Positions 56,273-64,000 of a DNA stretch of 64,000 bases are shown one piece after another (the first letter of the stretch is position 1; each line of letters begins with the position of its first letter). The DNA is from a virus, in IMG/VR virus record IMGVR_UViG_3300040816_000831; one strand, 5' to 3'. Both the position numbers and the translations under genes were made by a program. Below the pieces are notes generated by a model. The model was not told the origin of the DNA. It searched no databases and saw nothing but the letters and a program-made list of their open reading frames with translations.

Positions 56273-57345
56273 TATAAACTTAATCCTTTTAATGTAGAAC
56301 TATTGACGTCCTGTTTAACTCCACCAGTTATATATGAAGTTATTTCTGTTTCTTGTGGTGCAACTTGTACGTTACCTCCAGATATCCATTTCTCTGTCCA
56401 AGGTAATGGATTCATCTGAGGAACAGTATAAGGACATGGTAATCCAATTGCTCTCATTCTTTTACATCCAATCCACTCTACATAATTTTCTAATATAGTT
56501 TGATTAAGTCCTATCATTGAACCATCTTTAAATAAGTACCTTGCCCATTCTTTTTCTTGTTCTATAACATTTACAAAAAGCTGTACAGCTGCTTCTTCTT
56601 CTTTCTTTGCTATCTTTTGAAAATCTTTATCTTCTTTTAATAGATTTTTAATCATAACTGTAGTTGCTGCAAGATGAGTATTTTCATCTCTTGCTATAAA
56701 TTTAATAATCTTAGCATTACCTTCCATCTTTTTAAGTTCAGCAAATGCCCAACTGCAAGCAAAGGATACATAAAAACGTATTCCTTCAAGAGCATTCGCC
56801 GAAAGCATTGCCATATATAAAGATGTTTTGTGTTGCATTTTATTAGTAGCAGAATTGTTATCTGTTATTAAGTCATCGTATAGTCTTGCAATATCAGAAC
56901 CACAATCCATAATTTCTTTTATATCAAGCATGCTATCAAAAACAATAGAAGGGTCAGAATAGACATTGCGAATAATATGAGTATAACTACGGCTATGAAT
57001 AGTTTCAAAAAAGGACCAAGTCTCAATCCAGTTTTCAATTTCGGGTAACGAAGCAATAGGAAGGAAAGCAAGGTTTGGGGCCCGACCTTGTACAGAGTCC
57101 AAAAGTATTTGCCTTTTGAGATTAGATGTGAAAATATGTTGTTCATGGTCGGTTAAATCGTTAAAATCCTTTTTATCTTTGGATACGTCGACTTCTTCTG
57201 GTCTCCAGAAGAATCCTAATTGTTTATCGGTAATTTTTTCGATTTGTGGATATTTGACTTGGTCGTATCTTGCAATATCAACTCCTTCATCTAAAAACAT
57301 ATTTTTAATTAAGTGTGATTTTTTATTTTTTTGTAGTATTGCCAT
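56272..57345 (-). CDS. nrdB: Ribonucleotide reductase class Ia beta subunit
   Basis: FFWRPEE, QILLDSVQGR, ETIHSRSYTHI, LEGIRFYVSFAC, IARDE..H, VQVAPQE. Confidence 0.97.
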   Translation of the reverse strand: MAILQKNKKSHLIKNMFLDEGVDIARYDQVKYPQIEKITDKQLGFFWRPEEVDVSKDKKDFNDLTDHEQHIFTSNLKRQILLDSVQGRAPNLAFLPIASLPEIENWIETWSFFETIHSRSYTHIIRNVYSDPSIVFDSMLDIKEIMDCGSDIARLYDDLITDNNSATNKMQHKTSLYMAMLSANALEGIRFYVSFACSWAFAELKKMEGNAKIIKFIARDENTHLAATTVMIKNLLKEDKDFQKIAKKEEEAAVQLFVNVIEQEKEWARYLFKDGSMIGLNQTILENYVEWIGCKRMRAIGLPCPYTVPQMNPLPWTEKWISGGNVQVAPQETEITSYITGGVKQDVNSSTLKGLSL

Positions 57346-57556
57346 TAGGTTTCCATGATATTGTCGATTTTTCGGTTATTGCATCTTGTGCACATTGTAT
57401 ATATTCCTTGTCTTCTTCTGAAAGCACTGACCAAAATTTGCTTATAGTAAGTGTATGGTCATAAACTACTTGTGGTCTTTTTAAATGATAATCTTCTTCC
57501 ATCCAAGCTTGAAGAATATCCATTCTTTGATTTATTTTATTATTTAAATTTTGCAT
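57323..57556 (-). CDS. Hypothetical protein between nrdA and nrdB
   Basis: 77 aa; MD.LQ..ME..YHL..P, SKFW.VLSEED.EYI. Confidence 0.7.
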   Translation of the reverse strand: MQNLNNKINQRMDILQAWMEEDYHLKRPQVVYDHTLTISKFWSVLSEEDKEYIQCAQDAITEKSTISWKPNGNTTKK

Positions 57557-59850
57557 GAATCACAATCTTCATCATTTTCATTATAAGTTTCTGATTCTCC
57601 ATCATACGCATGATGTGTTTCTCCATCTGTCATTTCTCCTGCTCCATCAAACGTATTAAAATAGTACAATTGTTTTAATCCATATTTGTATGCAGTGACA
57701 GTATCTTGTATCATCACTGACATTGGAATCTTATTATCCTCATAATGTTCTGGATTATAAGATGTATTAACAGAGATTCCTTGGTCTATATATTTCTGTA
57801 ATATACCACATATAGCTAAGTATCCTTGAGGAGATTTTTGGTCCCACAGAAGGTCGTACTTATTTTTAAGATGATGATAACCTGGCACTACTTGTGCCAT
57901 CACTCCATCTTTACTCTGTTTATATGATACTAAAGCTCTTGGAGGTTCAATACCATTTGTACTATTACTTATTTGAGCGCTTGTTTCGGCTGGCATTAAC
58001 GCCATTAGAGTCGAGTTCCGGATGCCAGTTTCTCTGAGTTGCTTACGCAAATCTTCCCACGGTAAACGTTCTCTGTACTCTACAAGATTATCTATTGCAC
58101 TCTTATAAGTATCGATTGGAAGTATTCCTAAAGAATATTTCGTATCTGTATTATATATCAATTTTCCTTTTTCAGCTGCAAGGTTTGCTGAACTTTTTAT
58201 TAAATAATATGACCATGCTTCAGCGTATTCATCAACAATTTTATATGCTGATTTGTCATATTTAAAGCCTCTCTTTGCTAAGAAATAAGCTAGATTAATA
58301 ATACCTACACCTAAAGGTCTTCTATTCATTGTACCTTTTTCAGCTGCTGGTATTGGATATCCTTGGTAATCTAATAACTCATCAAGAGCTCTTACAGTAA
58401 GGTCACAATATTTTTCAAATTCATGTGGCTCGTTTATAAGACCCCAATTGATTGCTGATAATGTACATAAGGATATTTCTCCTTCTTCATCATCTTGACT
58501 ATTTAAAGGAGTTGTTGGTAAATCAATTTCACAACATAGATTACTCATTCTTATTGGAGCTTTTTCTGCTATGAATGAACTATGGTCATTAGCATGGTCT
58601 ACATTCATAAGGTATATTCTACCAGTATCTTTTCTTTCTGTTAAGAACATTTGGAACACATCAAGTGCTGGTAATGTTTTCTTTCTTATACTCGTCATAC
58701 GTTCTGCTTTCTCATATAACTCTTTAAACTTTTCTTGGTCTACAAAGAATGATTCATATAAGCCAGGTACTTCATTAGGGTCAAAGAAAGTTATATTACC
58801 GCCTGATAATAATCTTTCATACATAAGTTTATTAAACTGAAATGCATAATCCATGTGTCTTACACGATTTTCTTCTGTGCCTTTATTGTTTTTAAGTACT
58901 ACTAGGTCTTCAAATTCATAATGCCATAAGGGCAGATATACAGTTGCGGCTCCTCCTCTTACACCTCCTTGAGAGCAGGATTTCACAGCTGATTGGAAAT
59001 ATTTTAAGAATGGAATCAATCCAGTATGTACTACTGAACCATCTCCAACTTTAGCACCATTTGCTCTTATTGAGCCAGCGCCTATTCCTATACCTGCCTT
59101 TTTACTTATGTATCTAACAATAGAAGTAGCAGTAGCATTAATAGAGTCAAGGGAATCTCCTGATTCAATAAGGACGCAAGAACTGAATTGTCGAGTTGGC
59201 GTTCTAACTCCTGCCATAATTGGTGTAGGGAGTGATATATAAAATTGAGATATTGCATCATAGTAATCCTTAACATATTTTAATCTATTTTCTTTGTACT
59301 TACCAAAAAGAGTCATTGCAATCATCATATACAATATTTGTGGAGTTTCGTATATCTTCTTTGTTCTTCTATCTTGAACTAGATACTTACCACGAAATTG
59401 TTCCATTCCTGCATATGTAAATGTATCATCTCTTTCATGTTTTAGATAGCTGTCTAATTCACATATTTCATCTTCTGTATATGTATTAACAATCTCACTA
59501 TCATACACTCCTAACTCTATATTTTCTTCTATAATTTGAGTTAATGGTGGAGGTGTATATTCTCCATAAGCTTCTTTTCTCATCTTATATGATATAAGAC
59601 GAGCTGCTACGAATTGATAGTTTGGTGTATGTTCTGAAATTAATTCAGCTGCTGATTTGATTAAAAGCTCATGGATATCATAAGCTGCGATTTTATCATA
59701 GAGTTGTATATTAGCTTTAAGTTCTATTTCAGACATTGATACGCCTGATATATCTTCAACAGCCCATTCTAAAACTTTGTGAACTTTATCTAAATCAAAT
59801 GGTTTTATTGACCCATCTCTTTTTGTGACATTTATTGTAGTTGTATTCAT
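57544..59850 (-). CDS. nrdA: Ribonucleotide reductase class Ia alpha subunit
   Basis: ATP cone VTKRDG, RQFSSC, SNLCCEI, LMP.ETS.QISN.TNGIEP, C-terminal CDSCKI. Confidence 0.97.
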   Translation of the reverse strand: MNTTTINVTKRDGSIKPFDLDKVHKVLEWAVEDISGVSMSEIELKANIQLYDKIAAYDIHELLIKSAAELISEHTPNYQFVAARLISYKMRKEAYGEYTPPPLTQIIEENIELGVYDSEIVNTYTEDEICELDSYLKHERDDTFTYAGMEQFRGKYLVQDRRTKKIYETPQILYMMIAMTLFGKYKENRLKYVKDYYDAISQFYISLPTPIMAGVRTPTRQFSSCVLIESGDSLDSINATATSIVRYISKKAGIGIGAGSIRANGAKVGDGSVVHTGLIPFLKYFQSAVKSCSQGGVRGGAATVYLPLWHYEFEDLVVLKNNKGTEENRVRHMDYAFQFNKLMYERLLSGGNITFFDPNEVPGLYESFFVDQEKFKELYEKAERMTSIRKKTLPALDVFQMFLTERKDTGRIYLMNVDHANDHSSFIAEKAPIRMSNLCCEIDLPTTPLNSQDDEEGEISLCTLSAINWGLINEPHEFEKYCDLTVRALDELLDYQGYPIPAAEKGTMNRRPLGVGIINLAYFLAKRGFKYDKSAYKIVDEYAEAWSYYLIKSSANLAAEKGKLIYNTDTKYSLGILPIDTYKSAIDNLVEYRERLPWEDLRKQLRETGIRNSTLMALMPAETSAQISNSTNGIEPPRALVSYKQSKDGVMAQVVPGYHHLKNKYDLLWDQKSPQGYLAICGILQKYIDQGISVNTSYNPEHYEDNKIPMSVMIQDTVTAYKYGLKQLYYFNTFDGAGEMTDGETHHAYDGESETYNENDEDCDSCKI

Positions 59851-59860
59851 TATATTATAT

Positions 59861-59889
59861 ATTATACCATACTTTCACTTGAAAGTAAA
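59861..59889 (-). promoter_or_regulatory. Sigma70-like promoter for nrdA
   Basis: TTTACT-17-TATAAT, 10 nt to ATG, no SD. Confidence 0.75.
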
Positions 59890-59905
59890 CGTTTATTTTA
59901 AGTTT

Positions 59906-60418
59906 TTAGCCTCTTATTTCGGCTACATTTTCAGGAGTCTGTACTCCAACTCCGACACCCTTCTCACCGTTAGGCATCGTAACGTTTCTATAATATATAA
60001 CGACTTCACCTAATTGTTTTATGTATCTTTTAAGTTCTTGCATATCTTCAGCCATAACTTTATAGTCACCAACTGATGTAGCTACAAAAACTACTTCGCC
60101 ATTATTTTGTTCCTTCATTTCATCAAGGAATCTATCCAAATATGTATAACCTTCTGGCCAATCAGGATTTTCTCTTTCAGATAAGTCACATGTTTTTGGT
60201 CTCTTATCTTCTATTTTTTTACATGGATTTGTTATTCTTGCTTCTGATACAACCCACCATTTAGGTGCTGTTAATTCCACAGGACGTGGTAAATCCGGTT
60301 GCATAATATCTATTTGTATTGGTTTGGATATTACTTCTACTTTTTTCGTAGGTAATAATGAACAACCACTAATCGCTAGTATTAGGATTGTTGATATTAA
60401 ATAATTTTTCTGTATCAT
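59906..60418 (-). CDS. Outer-membrane spanin (o-spanin) lipoprotein
   Basis: Lipobox ISGC, Pro-rich; overlaps the i-spanin end. Confidence 0.75.
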   Translation of the reverse strand: MIQKNYLISTILILAISGCSLLPTKKVEVISKPIQIDIMQPDLPRPVELTAPKWWVVSEARITNPCKKIEDKRPKTCDLSERENPDWPEGYTYLDRFLDEMKEQNNGEVVFVATSVGDYKVMAEDMQELKRYIKQLGEVVIYYRNVTMPNGEKGVGVGVQTPENVAEIRG

Positions 60419-60752
60419 CTTCCATTCCCTCCATCACTTTTTCACTTGCATTATTAAATCTATTTTCCATTAATCCAGGCTTCTTTAGAGCAAGTAAGTC
60501 TAAATTATGTCTGGAGAATATTGCGAGATACTCTGATTTTTCCTTTTCGATTTGAGCATTTTGTCTGCTCATATTCATAAGAGCTTTACCTTGTTTTTCG
60601 TATTGCTCTTTCATAATTGCCATTGTTTGTTTTTGTTCTTCAACAGCAGCTTCTAATTTTATATTATTTTGAGTGAGTGTTTGGTTTTCATTATATAGAT
60701 AATAACCACCTAATCCCATCACAAGAATAATACCAATAAACATTTGATTCAT
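60369..60752 (-). CDS. Inner-membrane spanin (i-spanin)
   Basis: N-terminal TM then long coiled coil, KPGL.E..N. Confidence 0.75.
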   Translation of the reverse strand: MNQMFIGIILVMGLGGYYLYNENQTLTQNNIKLEAAVEEQKQTMAIMKEQYEKQGKALMNMSRQNAQIEKEKSEYLAIFSRHNLDLLALKKPGLMENRFNNASEKVMEGMEDDTEKLFNINNPNTSD

Positions 60753-60994
60753 TATTCGTCCTCTATCTTATATCTGAGCCCTTGCATACCTCTAATATGT
60801 ATAACTCTTTTGTCATCAGTTCTAAACTTTAATTCTTTGAAATTTGCTTTGATTACTTTTCTCACATGCTCATAAACTTGGTCGTCGGCATTACCCCATT
60901 GGCTATCGAATGATACGTATATTGTATATCTTTTTTGAAATAAGCGAATAAACCATTTGATTTTTTCCCACAAGTTAATAACAAAATCTTTCAT
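60752..60994 (-). CDS. Hypothetical protein
   Basis: 80 aa, coupled to the spanin gene. Confidence 0.7.
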   Translation of the reverse strand: MKDFVINLWEKIKWFIRLFQKRYTIYVSFDSQWGNADDQVYEHVRKVIKANFKELKFRTDDKRVIHIRGMQGLRYKIEDE

Positions 60995-60995
60995 A

Positions 60996-61289
60996 TTATA
61001 ATTTTTCGATATCTACGCCAAGAACATCTAATACTACTTTACGTATTTTTTTATCATCTGTTCCCCAATGCTTACTGTATGAGTTAAATTTAATAGAATC
61101 TCTATTAATATTTACATCTCTACCATATACATCATATCCAGCCTTTTTAAATGCCTGTTCAACGTCATATCCGTATGCGCCATTTCTTAGCTTAAGTTCC
61201 ATTCCACCAGGTCTCCAGTACCTAAAGTCGTTTTTATCAAACTTATAAGCTTCACTTAAACTCTTTTTAAATTCATTAAATGTTTTCAT
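60996..61289 (-). CDS. Putative internal head protein
   Basis: MKTFNEF....L.EA N-terminus. Confidence 0.6.
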   Translation of the reverse strand: MKTFNEFKKSLSEAYKFDKNDFRYWRPGGMELKLRNGAYGYDVEQAFKKAGYDVYGRDVNINRDSIKFNSYSKHWGTDDKKIRKVVLDVLGVDIEKL

Positions 61290-61509
61290 CTATCTTGCTC
61301 CCTTTCAGCATTTTCTTGTTTCTGCTATCTAATATTCTTCTAATAAAGGCTTTACCTTCTTTAGTTCTACCATCGTAAACTCTTTTCTTATGTTTTTTAT
61401 GAGCTGCTTTACCCATTGCATCTGCTGGCATTGATACACCACCGCCACCTACAGAATTTGCAGCTGCGTCTTCCCACATTGCTTCGTATTCTTTAAATGT
61501 TCTTCTCAT
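61276..61509 (-). CDS. Putative internal head protein
   Basis: TFKEY....EDA.ANSVGGG; DGRTKE. Confidence 0.6.
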   Translation of the reverse strand: MRRTFKEYEAMWEDAAANSVGGGGVSMPADAMGKAAHKKHKKRVYDGRTKEGKAFIRRILDSRNKKMLKGSKIDENI

Positions 61510-61960
61510 TTCTTATTTTTTTACCTATAGCTTTTATATCTGACATTTTTAATTTCTTTTTCTTTAAACCTTTTATTGACTTTGATACTTTCTTACGAGT
61601 TTTTGCTGGTACTAATACTAATAATAAAGCTCCTAAAGTTACTGTAGCTCCAACAATTAATACCTTTTCAAATATTGCAGCAGCTAATGTTGCTGAAATA
61701 TTTCCACCTAACCCCTTTGCAATATCCATTACTAATTGAGTTCCAAACTCTTGAGTTTCTATAATACTATTCCAACCATATTTGGCAGCTATGCCTCCTA
61801 ATACAGTTCCACCTATTGCACCTTTTATTCCTCCAAAAGGAAAAGGAGCAACCAATTTAGCAACATTGATACCAGCTCTTGTTAATCCAAAACTGAGTAT
61901 GCGCGCTGCAGCTATAAAAGGAAATGCTTCATCTAACTGAGCATGCTCTTTAAATGTCAT
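61493..61960 (-). CDS. Putative internal head protein with hydrophobic helices
   Basis: MTFKEH..LDEA, glycine-rich hydrophobic segments, basic tail; late promoter at 62028-62035. Confidence 0.6.
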   Translation of the reverse strand: MTFKEHAQLDEAFPFIAAARILSFGLTRAGINVAKLVAPFPFGGIKGAIGGTVLGGIAAKYGWNSIIETQEFGTQLVMDIAKGLGGNISATLAAAIFEKVLIVGATVTLGALLLVLVPAKTRKKVSKSIKGLKKKKLKMSDIKAIGKKIRNEKNI

Positions 61961-62553
61961 TACCTGCATATGTCACCATTAGTTATATAAAGGTCTTGAT
62001 TCGTCTTTGAATGTTTGACCCTATAGATATTTATATTCGAGAAGCTTCCAATTGGTGCTTGTAATTCTTTTACTACAACTCTTTGATTTTTTAAAGCAAT
62101 AACTTCACCTGTTGTAGCTGATGCTATATCTTCTGTTAATATGTAATTACCTGGAAAGAGATTAAAGTCTTCGTCTTGATACCATGTACTTTCATTAAGT
62201 TCACTTGAATCAATGTCAATTTCCAATACTTTTTCTAGAGTCTCTAACATTTTCTTTTCTGTCATTCCAGTATGTTCTTTTATAAGAAAAAGAGCTGCGC
62301 CATAACGAGCTACTACAGACTTTCCGCCTGGCACTTTACCTATTAGTCTTTTAAGATTAAAAACGAGTCTATGAAAAACAGTATAAGCTGATTTTTGTTC
62401 TGGCTTAGTTCTTTGTGATGCCTTTTTAAGTACTTTACCTTTATCATCTATAATACCAAGTTCAAAAGCTTTTGTCTTTTCAAACGGAGTGACAAGCAAC
62501 TTTAGAAACCTAAAGGCATAAAATAAATCTCCTGCTCTTGATATAATTCCCAT
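61960..62553 (-). CDS. Hypothetical protein of T4-like phages
   Basis: D..YAFRFLKLL.TPF....AF.LGIID..G, YT.FHRLVFNLKR. Confidence 0.8.
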   Translation of the reverse strand: MGIISRAGDLFYAFRFLKLLVTPFEKTKAFELGIIDDKGKVLKKASQRTKPEQKSAYTVFHRLVFNLKRLIGKVPGGKSVVARYGAALFLIKEHTGMTEKKMLETLEKVLEIDIDSSELNESTWYQDEDFNLFPGNYILTEDIASATTGEVIALKNQRVVVKELQAPIGSFSNINIYRVKHSKTNQDLYITNGDICR

Positions 62554-62927
62554 TATAGTTTTCTTAATGCCTCCACAATACTTGGGTCCATTACAATTTC
62601 AACCTTTTCATCCTCTGGCAGATAATGAAGATAAACTAAAAATGGTTTAATATATTGATAGTGATTTTTCTCTATCTTAAACCACATCATTTTATTGCAT
62701 GCTTGTATACCAAATACGTTATAAAGAACTATTATGTGATTGAGAATTAGCCTCTCTTGTAATTCACCGTGTTCTTCGTATCTTGTAAGCAGCCTTTTAA
62801 GATATTTAAATCTTGAAAGGTCATTCTTAAATTCTTCAACATCCGTACATTCCGGATTGTTATAATTTTGAGCTGCAAAAAGTTTAAAGTTTTTGTCTGT
62901 CAATTCATCAAATAATTTTTTCATCAT
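62553..62927 (-). CDS. Hypothetical protein of T4-like phages
   Basis: NF.LFA...Y.NP.C...EEF..DL.RFKY.KRL, RLILNH.IVLYNVFG. Confidence 0.85.
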   Translation of the reverse strand: MMKKLFDELTDKNFKLFAAQNYNNPECTDVEEFKNDLSRFKYLKRLLTRYEEHGELQERLILNHIIVLYNVFGIQACNKMMWFKIEKNHYQYIKPFLVYLHYLPEDEKVEIVMDPSIVEALRKL

Positions 62928-62950
62928 ATATTATATATAACGAAAGTTAA

Positions 62951-63448
62951 TTATGTTTCTAAAGTAAAATCTGTGCTCTTATTAAGAAAAACTACTTCCC
63001 ATCTATCATCAGATGATATAAAGCAATAATGTATTTTTCCTTTATTTGGTCCTTCAATTATTTGCCATATCCAACTTGTATGTCCATAAGGAACTTTTTT
63101 ACCTTTGGATTCATCTGCAATAGCTCTCATAAATATCTTCATTCTATTTTGAGCATTCCAGAAATTTCCATATTTGATATCATCAGTGTCCCATATATGC
63201 TTATATTTTTGTTGTAAGTCTTTATAGTTTTTAGCAAGAACATGTTTTTTTTCAGCTGGTTTTCCTGAAGGAACTGAACCTAGACCAAGTACTTGAACTC
63301 TACCACCATAAACGTTTTGTCCACTTACTCCATAGTTTTGCGCTGAACGACCTGTATGAATTACATTTACTTTAAGACCTGGCTTTAATTTTGCAATAGA
63401 AACTTTAGCTTCATTTAATTCTTGTCTAAGTGTAAAATAATCTTTCAT
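62951..63448 (-). CDS. Hypothetical protein, possibly head-internal
   Basis: MKDYFTLRQELNEA start. Confidence 0.65.
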   Translation of the reverse strand: MKDYFTLRQELNEAKVSIAKLKPGLKVNVIHTGRSAQNYGVSGQNVYGGRVQVLGLGSVPSGKPAEKKHVLAKNYKDLQQKYKHIWDTDDIKYGNFWNAQNRMKIFMRAIADESKGKKVPYGHTSWIWQIIEGPNKGKIHYCFISSDDRWEVVFLNKSTDFTLET

Positions 63449-64000
63449 TATTCCTCCTCGTCATCGTTGTCATCAGAACTTTCGTCAAACATACCTGAAT
63501 CTTTCATCATTTTAAGAGCATCTTTTTTAGCTCTATCTAAATTTTGCTTATTGATTTTTTCAACAGATTTTTTAATCATCTCGTATCTTTTTTTCATTTG
63601 AGCTGCTGACATAGCTTCTTGAACTTCTTCTTCATCATCAGATTTTCCTTTAGCGTCAATTTCTTCTGCTTTAGCTTTATAGTTCTTATCAATATAGTTA
63701 AAGAATTCTTTCTTTTTAGAATCATCTAAATCGCCAGGTGATTCAACTCCGAATTTTTTAAGAGCAGCATTAAAGAATTTTTGATAAGCTTTTTGCTTTT
63801 CTGATTCTTTTAATTTAGCTTCATCTTCTTCAGGCTCAACTTCTTCCATTAACTCAGGAAATAGTTCTTCTATTTCGTCATTGTCCATGAGGTAAGCATC
63901 TGATTTTAGAAATTTAATAAGATTATCATTACTTCCACTTACGTCAGCAGTAGTATTACCTGTTGATTTAATTTTTACTTTAAATTTCTTTTCAAGCTTT
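63448..64000 (-). CDS. Acidic/Lys-rich prohead-core-like protein, 5' end outside the window
   Basis: Frame stays open from 63888 to the edge; AYQKFF..ALKKFGV.SP..L....KK.FF.YID.NY module. Confidence 0.65.
   Translation of the reverse strand, partial: KLEKKFKVKIKSTGNTTADVSGSNDNLIKFLKSDAYLMDNDEIEELFPELMEEVEPEEDEAKLKESEKQKAYQKFFNAALKKFGVESPGDLDDSKKKEFFNYIDKNYKAKAEEIDAKGKSDDEEEVQEAMSAAQMKKRYEMIKKSVEKINKQNLDRAKKDALKMMKDSGMFDESSDDNDDEEE

Noticed and set aside
55290-59850. Intron, intein or mobile homing endonuclease at the nrd locus
   Set aside because: nrdA and nrdB are uninterrupted and of normal length; the GIY-YIG gene is short and lacks an obvious DNA-binding tail
1-64000. tRNAs, CRISPR arrays, stop-codon reassignment
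   Set aside because: No cloverleaf or repeat-spacer pattern seen in the short intergenic gaps; genes are intact under the standard code

Overview
A 64-kb slice of an AT-rich T4-like myophage genome whose gene content resembles marine pelagimyophage/cyanomyophage-type phages. The host is a Gram-negative bacterium that cannot be named from the sequence. Positions 1-31.3 kb hold tail fibres, the baseplate (gp8, gp7, gp6, gp25, a short gp5, gp53, gp48) and a divergent gp4-gp2-gp54-gp26-gp51-tape-measure operon. These are followed by gp32/gp59/gp33, AhpC and a block of small early genes. From 38.7 to 47.1 kb is an apparently late operon with two holin-like proteins, CsgF, CsgG, two curlin-like proteins, a FecR-domain protein, IscU, a methyltransferase, IscA and a CHASE2 adenylate cyclase. 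The rest encodes lysozyme, exonuclease, a KpsS-like protein, RNase H, glutaredoxin, NrdAB, spanins and putative internal head proteins. The most interesting observations are: (1) the curli/FecR/CHASE2-cyclase operon as a candidate trans-envelope signalling system; (2) an intergenic hairpin whose loop is complementary to the extended Shine-Dalgarno sites of two early genes, alongside a set of apparently leaderless genes; (3) a probable -1 frameshift fusing gp26 to gp51; (4) overprinted membrane or secreted ORFs inside the cyclase, iscA and nrdB; (5) strong GATC avoidance. All calls come from motif recognition by eye; no searches were run.
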